From Basidiobolus meristosporus CBS 931.73 (lineage: Eukaryota; Fungi; Basidiobolomycota), in NCBI GenBank assembly GCA_002104905.1, contig MCFE01000149.1:62001-126000 (forward strand): DNA of 64,000 nt, given 5' to 3'. How positions within the stretch are numbered: the stretch's first letter is position 1; each line of letters opens with the position of its first letter. The notes beneath the pieces were generated by a model that saw nothing but the letters and a program-made list of their open reading frames with translations, ran no database searches and was not told the DNA's origin. Below, piece after piece: positions 47,552 to 64,000 of the stretch. The position numbers and the translations under genes were made by a program.

Positions 47552-48397
47552 TCATTCCTCCAGCATGGTGTTATCCAGAGGGTCCGATTCGATGGAGGTG
47601 ATGGCCGGGTGGTTCTTCTCACAATAGTCCACGTGGGCCTGGAGATTGAACACTCTGGACTGCAACGTCTCAACCTCCTCGTCCAAGTTGACGATCAACT
47701 GATCCGATTCTAATCGCAAGAGGGTCAATCCACCGCGGGACCGAGGGGACACGACAATACGTACCTTTGATGTTTCCCTTCAGCTCGTCGATCAGCTTCT
47801 TCTGCATGGCGATCTCCAGTTCGTACTGAGCCACACGACCCTGACACAAGCGTTTCCCTAGCTCCTCGTTCTCATGCTGCAGACTACGGCACTTGGCCAG
47901 CAGACGTTTTCCTGTCAAGCTAGGAGTTGGTTAGACCAGCGGGGCTCAGGGCCAGCCAAAGTTTACCCGGTCCCGGGTGGTACCTCGACGGGGTGAAGTT
48001 CACCGCTTCCAGTTCCTCGGTGAGCTGCTTGATCTTGGCCTCTTTCTTTCCAAGCTCCTTCTTCATCAGAACGAACAACGCGTTGATGGCCGGGTCGAGG
48101 AGTTTCCTTCGCATGTCGTGGGTCTCCGGGTTCAAATTTTCGGCAAGCGTTTTCACTTCACCCTACAAAATCCGGTGCAACCAGTCAATATCCCGGTCGC
48201 TGAAGTTGGGGAGAGGGTCAGGGGTGCTTGGAAGTTTGCTTTACCAGGAGTAGCTGAATCTCCTCCTCTTTCTTGGCTACCTTGAGGCTGTCTCCAGCCC
48301 CTGGATCCACGTCCATGATGGAGAACGATTGCTCGGAGGGCTCTGTGGTTCCAGCGGTAACCTGGTCGGACGGTTGTTGTCCGGTCATTAGAGTCAT
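47552..48397 (-). CDS. WTAP: WTAP/Fl(2)d/FIP37/Mum2 family m6A-writer regulatory subunit; exons 48397-48245, 48162-47984, 47919-47765, 47709-47552 (~214 aa; start codon uncertain)
   Basis: LLDPAINALF..MKKEL...EELEAVNFTPSSLTGKRLLAKCRSLQHENEELGKRLCQGRVAQYELEIAMQKK...LDEEVE matches the WTAP core; GT-AG introns preserve the frame. Confidence 0.9.
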
Positions 48398-49466
48398 ACG
48401 CGGCTTTTGTTTCGGGTCCAGTTTTGGCCGCAAGTTTGGGGAAGATATAGGTGGTGGGCGATTCTTTACGTATTGGTCGAGTGTGGGGAGGCCGGCAGAA
48501 AAGTACGCGGCCAATCTAGTGAGTAAGGAGACGTGGCTCTTTAGCGACCTTCGATCTTTAGAGGTGGGGTTGGCGGGGGAAGCGGATCTGGTACTGCGAT
48601 GGTGAGCGGGAAGCAGGGTCTGTTGCTTCGCTCGAGACACACTGTTTGGAACGTAACGAAGAGTACTTTTTCATTTGTGTGTCATGGATTAGTCGTGAAT
48701 AAAATCCATGAGATTCATTTGGATTCCTGACCAATACTGTTCGATCACTCATTTGCGCCCCTCTCAATTGGAAATCGATTCAAACCTGGTTACTATATGT
48801 TATGCGCCCTATATTGGATACAGCTGTGCAACAACCGTGGGCTTTCTGGTATCGGCGCACCTGGAGCTCACCTCAGCATTCATACCCGTCGGATACCTAA
48901 TCACTCTGGTGTATGCAGGCTGGGGATGACTGCTTTGTGGCTGTCCCAAATTTTAACCCTACTTCAGTATATGCTCACCAAATCACAGTCGACTAGATAC
49001 CTGTACGGCTCTGCAATCACTTGCGTGAGACTTCGTCCTAGCAAGGCTACCTTCCAACGCGCCAACCTCACGAACAACAGTCAGCAGTGATGGCCAATTC
49101 CAACAGCAGTCAAGACTGGTGTGAGAACCTTTGGTGCAACGATTGGGCTGCACACCGGGTCAACCTTACCAGCGCTATTGCAACTTGCCTTGTGGTTTAA
49201 TAAGCAACCCCTTGGGAGTCTATCTACACCTAGCCTTAGCTACCGAGTGGACACATGTCACTAGCAACTCGTCGAGTACGCTTTGAACTGGTAGAGGTTT
49301 ATTAAACATATTTGGCAGTTTGGATATTTTAGGAGAGCGATAGCAGGATATGTTCAAGAGAAGCCAGGGGCCGATTAGAATATACTGGGCCAGGAACCAC
49401 TGGGTCAATTATTCAACATCTATAATGGGGACAGGATGGCTGGGGGCCACACCAGGAAGCCATCCC

Positions 49467-50370
49467 TCACAGCAGGAACGGGATAACGGCTTTCCTGGAT
49501 TTCGGGTAGTCCGCGAACGTCGTGTTATACCACTGGTGAATCTGCACAGCTCTGGGAATCAGGTTCGAGGCGGTGCACACGGCAAACAGCATCCCGGGTA
49601 CCGACTGGGTGGCGATTGCGTAGCCGGTCCATTCGATGATCTCGAAGAAGTAGTGGGGACAGGAGATGAACTCGAACAACTGCCCGTAGGGGATCTTGTA
49701 CTTGCTTTGCTCCTTGTCTTTCCCTGACACATAGTTCGCTCGTAGGTTCATCAGCGTATTGTCGGCCAGTATGTTCCCGACGAAGCCTGCGAAGAACAGC
49801 GCAGTTCCAAGCAGGAATGGGGTCGAGGTCAGATACGATGCTGGATAGTCTCCAAACACCGCGGCCCATCGACCGTTCATGTACGCATTGCCCAGGTTGA
49901 AAAAGACCGCGCTCAAGCAAGTGATGATTGGCATGGGGGAGCGATACGAGGCACGCCAAACCGAGACGAACGACCGGTTGATGTAGTGCGTCAACCACAT
50001 GGTCAGGAACAGGTAGCTAGCCACGGTAGGCTGTGTGTAGTGGGTCGATGAGGGCATGAAGAAAGAGACCAGGAATGTTAAGGGGGACATGGCTTCCATA
50101 AGCATCCAGCCAAGCTTTCCAGGGATTTTTCCAAGAGGCACGTTGCTGGCCAACATACCTGTTAGAACCGAACATAAGCGAGTTAGTCGTATGCGATGGA
50201 AATGAGCAACGTACGTGCTTGTACTCACCGTATGGCGAAGTTAATACACAAGAGGCAAGTATGACAACAATCGGAAACGCGACATACAGATATACCACCC
50301 GACTCAGTAGGATGACTTCGGGGTCTTGTGGATCGTAGCGTGTGCTGTTGGCGAAGGGCATAAGCTCCAT
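49467..50370 (-). CDS. 3-oxo-5-alpha-steroid 4-dehydrogenase (SRD5A1/DET2 type); exons 50370-50229, 50158-49467 (277 aa)
   Basis: SPYG, GWMLME, HYINRS, NAYMNG, DNTLMNLR, YKIPYG.LFEFISCPHYF.EIIEW.GYA, NLIPRA, YP..RKAVIPF; 70-nt GT-AG intron. Confidence 0.92.
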
Positions 50371-50597
50371 GATTGGAAGGTTTATCGGTGAATCGTGTTG
50401 GAGAGGTGATGACCTTCGTGTGGCAGGGTTCGGATTTATATAGAAAACTGCGCCTGATGCGTGAAGTCGGTGCAAAAAGCCGCGATCTAGACACAACAGG
50501 TGATTCATCGATCAGTCAACAATCGATAATGCTATTCACCGAGTGGCTATCCAGCTGTTGGGTTGCTCTGATCGAGGAATTCATCAATAAAAGTACG

Positions 50598-51185
50598 ATG
50601 GGTGCTTCCAGCAGCAAGTCCATTGCTCACTCATGTATCTCCTTGAGATCGAAATCAGCCAGGAGTCACTCGATACGTGAGGCTGACATTATGCAATCAA
50701 TTATATCTCATCCCCTTGTCAAGCTTGCTGGATTGGGGTCTCCTGAGCGAAGAACGCCTGCCTGCCCCTGGGATCGTCGAGAGCAATTCCGAAAACAGTC
50801 GGCTTCCGCACAGGGAGGGATAGACCAACTCCAGTCGAGCATGTCTTTAATTGGGTTGGGTGACTTGTTTGACCAGCACGATCGATCAACACCGGAGTCC
50901 GCCCTGATCCCCACTATCCTCATGATGGATTATCAAGACGCATTGTGCTCATGCATGCTCTGGTCCAGCCTGACGATGCGAAACATACACTACAAACACC
51001 ACGAATTGACCAACGTAGCCATATGGAGATACTCAGCCACTAAGGCTTGCTCTCTCTCTACAGGAGAAGCCGCTACTGAGGAGATGGATGCTTTTCATGG
51101 TGCAGTGGTCTTTGACAAAATGGTTTTTATATACGCAAATCATCAGGCCTTCCCAGAAGAAGGCCTCATTTATGTGGTGGTTTAG
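50598..51185 (+). CDS. Orphan ORF (195 aa) starting MGASSSKS
   Basis: Part of an 810-nt open frame; N-myristoylation-like start; divergent from the reductase gene; no family recognised. Confidence 0.3.
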   Translation: MGASSSKSIAHSCISLRSKSARSHSIREADIMQSIISHPLVKLAGLGSPERRTPACPWDRREQFRKQSASAQGGIDQLQSSMSLIGLGDLFDQHDRSTPESALIPTILMMDYQDALCSCMLWSSLTMRNIHYKHHELTNVAIWRYSATKACSLSTGEAATEEMDAFHGAVVFDKMVFIYANHQAFPEEGLIYVVV

Positions 51186-51612
51186 ACAAAGTATGTAATG
51201 TTTTCTCCGCATACAGTACAACCCAACATAAACCCTGGTTTCCAATGTGCTTGAAAATCTCTGCAAGTGTCCGGTGTTACATGAAAAAGGGCCAACAAGG
51301 TGAAATAGACTGTTGACTAGGGGTAGTATTCATTTACGTGATCGGGTTCGAAGGACGTACTCCACAATATAATACAATCGGATGAGTATTCGGTGTGCGC
51401 ACGATGTATGAACTAAAAGCCATAATACCCAGAATACAAAGAGGATGGCCCCTTTCGCCCATCCCTCTCGGTGCTGTTATTTGTAGCTACAGGGCCTGGG
51501 GTTTCGAAAGGAAGAGATGCCTCATCTGTTCTGGCCCAGATCTCCAGGTTGGGTTTGTTCTTCACATGTGCGCGTCCGTAAGTATTGTTGATCCCTGGAG
51601 GAGGGGAAGGCA

Positions 51613-54513
51613 TTAGCGCATGTCTGGATGAGCTGAGCTGAGGTTGGGGATGTACTTACAACCGAGTGAGCCATTACTCAGGGCATTCTCGTGAGGAAGC
51701 CAGATGTCGTCCTTCGATATATTGGATGTGGGCGTGGAATGCTTCTGTTCCAAGGGGATACTTGAGTATCTTCGGTGTTGGTATGTTGATTGATTGATGG
51801 CGGGATGTTGATACTTGTGTGCATTTAGGCTGGTATACGTATTTCGCCGCTGGGTATTGGGCTCAAATATCGCGCTAGCATCCAGATCAAAGAGGCTATA
51901 GCTTCGGTTATCGCGCTGAGGTCTGGGGTCCGAGATCATCTGCGGCATGCTACTGGACGCTCGTCTAGGGTACATGTCGAATGATCTGTTGGTCGCGAAT
52001 CCAACCGAGTTGAAGAACGTTATCTGCGACGACTCTAGATAGTCTTTTAGGATCTGCTGCGCTCTGGGTAATTTATGCACATCGCGTCGATCGTATTTGA
52101 AGCTAAACGTATAATGGCCAGAGTCATTCAAGGGGTGCATTCCAGGCATCGGGGTGGTTTCGGTGGTTGCTGTGAGCGCGATATTGAAGTCGCATTTGAT
52201 CTGCCGTGTGAGCTCCTGGAAGACACTGCTCTCGATAGAATGGGCTAGTGCCGGTGAGGACGGAAGACGCATAAAATACTCCTCCGAAGTCGTCTCCTAA
52301 TGTTGACGGGTGATGTCTCAGTACCCATGTCGGTTAGAGGGCTAGAAAACAACTTCTTACCATAGGCAGCTGCTCAAAGCCACCATGATGATAGCCGGAG
52401 TCGTGCCGAGAGTGGGACACCCGGGAGGATGGAGCGGTGCGGGGAGGCACGGCGTTCGCACTGAACCCAGAATCACTGCACCAGTCCATTTCCTTGTTGC
52501 TGTTTTCCACTAGATCCAGGATAGCTTGCTTGAAGTTGAAAAGACTGATGACATTTTTGGCTGGAGTGCGGGCAACGACGTTGTCTCCTGAATCAACTAC
52601 GGCTCCAAGTGCAGCAAACTCTTCAGCCGTGGAGAATTTGACGTATACACCGAACTGCTTCATGATTCTTTGGATATTTCTTCCACCTACCCCGATGATG
52701 CGCTTGTGGTACGCCTCCGGCACAAAAAAGGATAATTCCGCCGGCAGCTCCTCCTTTAAGAAATGTCAATTGCCTTCTTGGGAAGTGATGTGACCATACG
52801 AAGTACCTGCAGCAGCTCGATCCCGTTTAGGGTCTTGGAGCATTGGGGGCTGTAGACGTTGATGAAGAAGGTGTGATCGTTGAAATTTTCAAATCCAATC
52901 TTGACATTCGACATCTTCATGATCTTGTTGACCTTCCCGTTTTTCTTGCCGCTGATGAACTCCCGGTGTTCGGTGGATAGCTCTATCTGTGCCTTGCACT
53001 CCTTTTGGAATAGCTGACATGAGGAGCCGGTGAGCGGGGGAAGATGCTGATGAACCGGCGATGGGGTCTTACCTTGAACGAGAACTCTTTTTCTATCGCC
53101 CTGAACGCGTCCTTAGATGGCTGCGGCTGGCCAAAGATTTCAAAGCAGTGGTTTTGATACTTGATCTCGGCACCGGATGATTTACAGATATTGAAAATGA
53201 GTTCATTGAGCTGGTGTTGGGCGGGAAGTTGGATCGGTTGGCTACTCGGGATATTGCTTTCCAGCCACAGCCAGCCTGAAAACATGTCGCTTGTCTACGA
53301 AGCAAGGATGAGTATGCAATGAGCAAACATTGATGTCAACTCAATTTACCATATGGGTGATTCCGACTATGGTACGTAAAATCTCACGTTCATTCTTGCC
53401 ATATATGGTGACGAATGATTTCTTGGAATTCGCTGGGGGAAAGAGGATGGTTGTACCATTATCCTCCATTACACTCAGTAGGTCCTGGTATTTCAATATG
53501 GGAAGCCAATCTAATTTTCGCGGCTGAAGGGGGTATTGACAAGATACTACATCGGTTTCCTATATCGCACAAGGTAAATACATGGTCCCCTCCAGGCTAC
53601 GGTTGGCCAAAAGCACTTACAATTTGCTGCATGGTAGACATTAGCATCTCGACCGCCTTTGCGGTGGCGGATACCTCCCCGACGACCAGGACCTCACTTT
53701 TGCAGCTGTCGAAGGAATGGGTATCTAGCAAACTACCGTAGTGTCGGGGAAGGTAGATATTGGTGTTGGTGGCTTTCTCGATGGTGCGAATGGTCGCGTG
53801 TTTAGCGCCACAGACGATGTTGAGTAGCTGAGGAGAGATCTCGAGCTCTCCCACATGCATTTTCTCCTTTGGAAAAAAATGTCAATAATGTCCACGCTAC
53901 GAAAGACTGCTCTACTTGGAATTACCGCCATCGCAGTCAATCGGATCAGCTCGAGGCGAGCTTTTTCCACTTCGGCGGGCCTTCCTTGGATAGTGATGTA
54001 CACTGTGTTTAACTGGGCATTTATGCTGCCCGAACGAGTATCTGTGTCAGGGAAATCGATGATAACGTTTTGTTGTCGCATGATATCTTCTATTTTCTGC
54101 TGGAAAACTGGCTTTACTGCCCCGTCAAGCAGTAAGGTATCCTTACTGATGAACCTATACAAAACGGAGGCCTACATGTATGGTACAGTTAGCATGCCTC
54201 TAGCCAGTGGAGTATCGTGGTCGCTTACCTCTGAAGGGTATTTGTTCAAGATGGATCTTTGTGCAGATATGACTTGGAGAGAGGGCCCGGATAGGAAAAC
54301 CACATAATGTCGCTGCTTGTGCGGAGACATCGGGCCACCGGAACTGGCGTCAAACCCAGACGACTGGAGTTGGTACGCGCAATAGTTCTCCACAACCTTA
54401 TCGCACAGGACATTTAGCTTATTCAACGGCAGCCCGAGAACCTCCACACTGTCGTATGGGGAGATCTTGACTACAGGCTGGGTTAAGCAAAAGGCGAGGC
54501 AGGCCTGATCCAT
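51613..54513 (-). CDS. Multi-KH-domain RNA-binding protein (fungal YLL032C/Mug60, BicC-like family); multi-exon, exon boundaries not fully resolved
   Basis: IVCGAKHATIRTIEKATNT; HREFISGKKNGKVNKIMK; VPEAYHKRIIGVGGRNIQRIMKQFGVYVKFS; DNVVARTPAKN; low-complexity Ser/Gln tail; probable start MDQAC at 54513. Confidence 0.8.
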
Positions 54514-57500
54514 GGTGTGTCCGGGGGATGAGGGAAGGGGTAATATAGTGGAAATCGCTGATTTAACCTCAACTAAATTTCGAAGGTATTTGAGTGAATA
54601 ATGGGATCCCAATCTACAATTGAGAGTGCTAGGAGATTCTAAATTAAGGCGAGAAGTCGATGCACGTAGAGGACATACAGGTACAGGCTAATTGAAGTCG
54701 GAAGGAATTCTATAACCCGAGAAAAAGGATAACTCAACAATGTAAATCTATTGTCCAACTTCATGTGAGCGCGCATCTAGTTAAATAGTGAACATCGTTC
54801 CCCCGCCCATATTGACTCGCCTCTTTTTTTTCATAATGATCGAATTGAATCATGGCGGATGACCTGAACTTTAATATAGATCATATTAAATTGGATCAAG
54901 CCTAACATCAGCAAGTCAGATTTGATAGCCCAATACCGCTCTATAAGCGCTAGAGTGATTTTGATCTTAATTGAAGGGCCCATATATCTTAGTGTATGCG
55001 CATTAGTAGTCGGCCAGAAACCCGAATCTTAGACTGGTAAGACACTGTCTATTGGATCGAGTCTAAACGCCCAGATCGAAATGGTAAATAACAGGTAAGT
55101 CTGCCCGATTGAAGGTTAGCTCAGAACAGATCCATGGTAATTTCCGCATGCTGGGTAGCTTGCCGCGATAACTGATCGTGTTTGGAGCGCAGAGATGCCA
55201 TGGCCTCGTCGCAAGCCAATCAGTCCCGCCCTGATCTAGCAAATGGCGATGTTTTTTCTGAGTCCATTCAACTTACCACATGTATACGGGCGATTATGGC
55301 AATCTGGGTGTTTGGGCCTAGCCAATGGGGCCGGCGGTCTTAGGGTTAGGGCTCGTAGCAGAAACCACTGTTGACTGAGAAGCAATCGGAGATGCTTGTA
55401 TAAAACCTGTTTCTGTGGCTCTGAAATACTGTACACCACATGCACTTGGAGAGTGGTTAGATCAGTATCTCCAGGAATATGAGACATAGTTTCGGGTAAT
55501 TTCTTTAATGGGTAAGTTTACCATTGATTAACATGCTCTGTATATTAAAGATCAGGAGCATACCATGGATGGTTGCTTACTGTGTTGCGTGACTGTCATT
55601 TGCAAGCAGGTGAGATTGGTAACTTTTTATTCCTGGACACAGCATTCGATAGTTCAAGATTCGGTCCTCTGCTCACGTGCTAGGCGGTGGAGATACCGGA
55701 GGACGAAGAGCGGAGCAATAGGTGGAAGTGAGGCAAGATACTGTCTCTAATGAGGGTTTTGCTGCTTACTGTGGATTTGCATGAGCTGATACGGATCCCG
55801 TCATCATGTGTATATCATTCTCGTCGTATGATGGTCAAGTTCATTGGAATCCCAACTATTTCCTGTACCATGAGGTGCCAGCTGGCTCCCACACACCCTT
55901 TCAAGCCCCACTTGCTATGTAGTCATGAATATTATCCATTGCCCAAATGGTTTGGATCACTACAAGGCAATCTGAGCTCATGCCACCATCACACGTCCCT
56001 GGTATTCTTGGACAGATGGTAACCCATCTGGCTTTCCAATCACCCTTGCAATTCTGTCGCGATCCTGCTGATGGCTTCCCAGAGCCTTTGTCCGCTAGAG
56101 AACCAGCTCAAATCACGCCATGGATATGAAATATGCGAGCACTGCTCTCCACCGCCTCCTGAGATGCGCTGCTTCCCTCACTTCAGTGCCGGTGATGTGT
56201 CTTGGAGCTGGCGAGAGTACCTCAGAGTTGGATCTTGACATTGACAGATGGTTTGGAAATGTCAGCCAACCTTGGCGAGCCTACATGACTGTAAGATCTA
56301 CATGAATCCCAAATTTAATTAAAACACCAATATTTGAATCGCATCAAGTGGGGACGGCGCTGACCATCCATCATTAGTCCAGTCATAGCGGGTGCCTCTA
56401 TCCAATCACTTGTACTCGTAGGCGGATGGGGTGATGGACGATCGGAGACAGAACCACGACTCCGCCTTGCTCTCCGACAGAAATCGGAGGATCATGTGTT
56501 TCTTAATGGTACGAGGCTACGAAAGCCACCAAGCAATTAGGCAGATAGGCGCCAACGCACTTTGGTGATTCGATGGCATGTCCACCCACCACCAAGTTTC
56601 ATGATGGGAATTGCACGAATTCAGCCATTTCCCGCCAACCGTTTTGGCCGGATTACCCAGGGTTTTAAGTGGGGCAACGCACATGTAGGATTATCCAGTC
56701 ATTGAGTGCACATAGCTCTATATTAAATCCAGCCATTTGTGAATTGGGCAATGGTGGGCTCCAGCGAACTTCAATCTGATGGTGTTCGGGTATCATCCAC
56801 AAGAGTCTATTGTTTCATAACAAAGGGAAGTGTGACAACAGCCCCTCTCTTGTCCGGATACCATGGTGTGCTATTTGGCGGATCCATTGCATTGCATTTG
56901 AGCATTGTGCTGGCTCTGTGGTAAATGATAAACATTCCTGTGGATCGTCCCAATCGAATAGCCTGGTCTGCAAGGATCAACTTCGGTGGGCCTTGATGCT
57001 CTTACTCACCCCTCTCAGAGAGCTGCATCGTGCTGGATGCCATTTGCTCAACACAGGTAGCTTCACAGTCATGAAGCATGTTGCTTTGTCATGGAATCCT
57101 GTCGCTGTGATTTGTTGATGGCATCTATAGCCACATTAAGCCTGATAAGGAATGTCAGATAGCCATACTGTCTATTTATTTCAATCAATGGTTGCTCTTG
57201 TTTCTCGAGGATTTGGGCGCGTTGTTTTGCCACATATATCGAATCACCTCCAAAGATACCCTCACGTGACACCGCTGCCGTTTGGCTCCAAGTCGATATT
57301 TGAAACAGAACACCATTACCGCGCGTAATGAAGCCCGACGGAATGTTATTATCAACATCTGACGTAAAGAGTCCGCTTCTCCTCATGTTTCGCAGATGCT
57401 GTCATAAGTACCCAGTAAATACCGGGCGTCCCTGGAATGATGGAATGATATCTTTATGCGTATCATTCGATTGGGATTAGATCGGAATATCTCAGGTCTA

Positions 57501-57966
57501 CTGGCCTGGTCAGTAAGTGCGATCCATTCGCATTCGCCCCTGGTTACACGTTGAGATCATGACTAATCTGCGTTACGCCAGGGGATCCGCTACGTTCTCT
57601 GCCACTGCCAAGCACCACTAGGTCACTCGGATGCTAACGGTCTTCGAGCCGATATCTAGAACCGCTCACAGGATCAACATTTCAACCTTAACTTCTGGAT
57701 GCCAAGGAATGGAATGCGCAAAAGCCATATATGGCGAATGAATTTCATTGCCAGCCTACGCTGGCACCATAATTTTTCCTGGCTTTCCGATTAAGGCACG
57801 GGATTTAATGGTCAGTAAACAAGTATTGCCATGATTTCATTCTTGCCGTGGTAGGCCATTTCCTAGGGCTCGAGAAATTGGTGCAACCTTTCTTTCCCTT
57901 GTACTTTCACCTCTCCTCCGGCCCCAACTCTTTCCCTGCCTCTCCCCTCAGTTCTGCATCCACTCC

Positions 57967-58955
<989 letters not shown>

Positions 58956-59637
58956 CCTGCCGCACGCCACAGCACCGCAGACATCCTCTCATATTCTACT
59001 TAAGCCAATGTGCATCCATCTACCGTCACTGACAACCCAGAGCCATCATTTATCGTCTAACGTCCGTCGTCTCCAGAGTATTTGGAGCAACATTCATCCT
59101 CGAATCGCATTGGCTCTCTTCATGATACCCGGAATAAACAATGCTTTCTCTAAATGTTGGAGGACAATCAGTCGTCCTATGTAACCAATTCTTCATAATT
59201 CCATTTTGCATGGCACCAGCAGTGCTGGCTATTAGTCGCAACCCATTCTGTGACTCCTGTGATGTAGTCATACATTCATACGTACAAATGGATCGACCAG
59301 CAGGATATATATGGCTATCCATGGAGTAGGGACCATACGATCCACCCCAACCTTGCCATAACCGGCTAATGGCCCTCCTATATCTTGGCTGCTTTCATCC
59401 CTATGTGCATTCATTGGATGGCTTAGAGAGTGACGTCAAGTACGATTTGACAGTCTACATTGCTAGATTCCAGAATACAACAGTGATGCAGATGTATAAG
59501 CTCATGATGATGGCAGTGATGACGATGCGTTAATGGACAGAAGTAGGGTAAAACCAGTTCTTTTGAAAGGGTTAGTTCATCTGATATCCGGGATACTACT
59601 GTTTCCTCCACTGTGACCAACTGCAGGTTCCTTTTAA

Positions 59638-60914
<1,277 letters not shown>

Positions 60915-61561
60915 GCCTGACGCTACGCCCCCGCACTGGCCCCTTTTCAGCATGACAGAGCCTTCCACAGCTCACCTATGAATTCTACAGCAATCCTGCA
61001 AGAACATATTAGTTCCACCACTCTCGTTATAGGATCAACTCGGTTGGGAGTGAGTTCACTTGATATAGTCTAATACTCATTATAATAAATCAGTTCCACC
61101 TGCCACAACCAACGAGTGATTTGATAATGATATGAGATTTGTACACTTCGATTGGATGGCCGTCCAGCAATAGACTACTCCATCTGGTTACCATGATTTA
61201 AGTCTAATTGACCCTGCACGAGTAATTGGGTTTCTTGGACGACTTGCAACATTTATTCCCTTTGTTAACACTGGCTACGATTTGGCTGTGTTTCAATAAA
61301 CATTTATCGGCTTCCATTTATCCAGACAATCCTGATTCAAAAGTAGAAGAGAGCTCCGGCACTATCTAACGCGGCGTGAGCGCGGTCGAAGCAAGTGATT
61401 AGCATTGGGTGGCTGGTGCGACAAATGCAGGATAGAACCAAAGAAGCCCCACAAAAGAATAGGTGGCTGGGAAGAACCGGCGCTACCGTTCGGCAAGCAA
61501 TGTATGGGAAATTACCTGAGCTAAGAGGGTGGAGTGTTTGAAAGCAATGTCGCTCATGCGT

Positions 61562-62570
<1,009 letters not shown>

Positions 62571-63724
62571 AATTGAGATTGTCGGAAGAGTCGTCACCAA
62601 TTACAAGAGCTTCGGTTAAGAAAGTAAGAATAGATTAATACAGAGGTTGAAAATTCCTGTAGGAAATAGGCGTGCTAGAGCTGGATTCTGGATCAAGTGT
62701 GGCAACCCCATTGTTATCACTGATTGAACACATGTCCAACAAGATGCCTATGTCTTGACATCGGCATACATGACAAATGGTCATCTGATTAGATTATTGC
62801 GTGGTCTTCATGTAGCAAAACCATAGATGAACAATATTCCGAAGGGTTTAAACTTGGCATCCATTGAATTATGTAAAAGTTGGCAACTGGATGTTATCAT
62901 TTCATACGACAGCATCAAACTTGTGATGATCTCTGAATACGTGCCGATTGCCTCACCTACGATGCTTGCATAAGGCAACTCGATAGTAACCGAGAGGGTG
63001 TTGATGATCACCCAATGTTTAAGTGGATGTGCAATTTTATCAGATGACATTTGGATCGGTTAGAGTGCGAAGATCGTGGCGAATTGCCTACCAGATGATC
63101 CAATATATGTACTCTGCACTTTCTGACATCATCCTTCAGAGTTGTCATCTCGTTTAGGAGAGTAGCCAATCAGCCTAGATCTTCAATAGTAGAAGCCCAG
63201 CTTCCAACCGATTTTTAATAGGCCAGTATAAAATTGCCATCCTGTTAAAAGAATTTGTGTTCCATTTATAAAATATTTGACTTATCTATGCATATAGATG
63301 CTATATCACCAATGCTGGTGTACCTGCTATACCTCCCTCACTACTGGAGGCAAACCTTTTATTGTTGTTCAAGAGCATGGCTTTGATGTTCTGCTGCTTT
63401 ACATCCAGTTGATTACTTGTAGGGAGTATTTGTTTTCTGATACAAAACCTGTCTATAATTATATACTCTGCAGAACCCATCAATATCACCTTCTTGGACC
63501 CTGTATTGGATCTTAAGCCCACTCTTTTGGCATGTCCAACACAAATTGCCTGCAATAGAAATTGTATGCTTGGAATCATTTGTGTACAGAAAGGATTTGA
63601 TAGTACAATAAAGTAGTTCAAGAGCCTAAATCTGCACCCTGTTGTATCCAAGAGAAAAGTGTAATAAAACTCTTGAATGGTTTAACTGAACCTAAATGAC
63701 AACCAAGTGCAGAATCTTAGAATT

Positions 63725-63865
63725 GTCAGAGAGTGGCAGAAATATTAGCAGAGAGGTTCTGGTCTAATATTGGTCTTGTATATAGCTGAGTTGGGCTATA
63801 AAGGCAACAGGGTTGGTTTGCTATGCAAGCTAGGCTTGGTGTTCTTTGGAGTGCTAGATATGCTA
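63725..63865 (-). repeat. Dispersed repeat, inverted copy of ~40840-40985
   Basis: CAGAGAGGTTCTGGTCTAATATTGGTCTTGTATATAGCTGAGTTGGGCTATAAAGG is the reverse complement of ~40890-40950. Confidence 0.8.
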
Positions 63866-64000
63866 GGCTTGGGTAGAAACTAGAATGTAATGGTTGAGTT
63901 CTTAATTTTGCTGAGACACAATCCTAATTTTGTCAAGACACACACCAAACCAAAAGGTTCAGTAAACTTTATCTATATTTTTCTGATCAGGTTGAATTAG

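Noticed and set aside
46882-47555. Cys-rich and Phe/Leu- or Ser/Leu-repeat ORFs at the island edge
   Set aside because: Overlapping on both strands, partly produced by the (GAGAAA)5 microsatellite; no recognisable domain.
63301-63651. Minus-strand ORF faintly like a Tc1/mariner N-terminus
   Set aside because: Resemblance too weak; no DDE region or TIR found.

Overview
Eukaryotic, almost certainly fungal DNA (short 55-85 nt GT-AG introns; fungal-type Rab, PCT1 and KH genes; lineage not determinable, an early-diverging fungus or basidiomycete is plausible) in two sharply different compartments. About 1-46.7 kb is a CpG-depleted pile of nested transposons: at least two Ty3/Gypsy families; two Ty1/Copia families, including one full-length open element at 6142-10827 with LTRs, 5-bp TSD, PPT and a Ty5/copia-type half-tRNAiMet PBS; a two-ORF PIF/Harbinger-superfamily (PHIS) DNA transposon family with ANT target duplications and its own ~734-bp fold-back MITE; and remnants plus mini-elements of a CCCT-ended, probably CACTA/EnSpm-like family. 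About 46.9-62.6 kb is a CpG-rich gene island: WTAP/Mum2, steroid 5-alpha-reductase, a multi-KH RNA-binding protein, Sec4/Rab8, choline-phosphate cytidylyltransferase and Ypt7/Rab7 (with a probable 6-nt micro-exon). Repeat-like, CpG-poor sequence resumes after ~63.2 kb. All alignments, exon boundaries and TSDs were read by eye; no searches were run, and coordinates of degenerate remnants are approximate.
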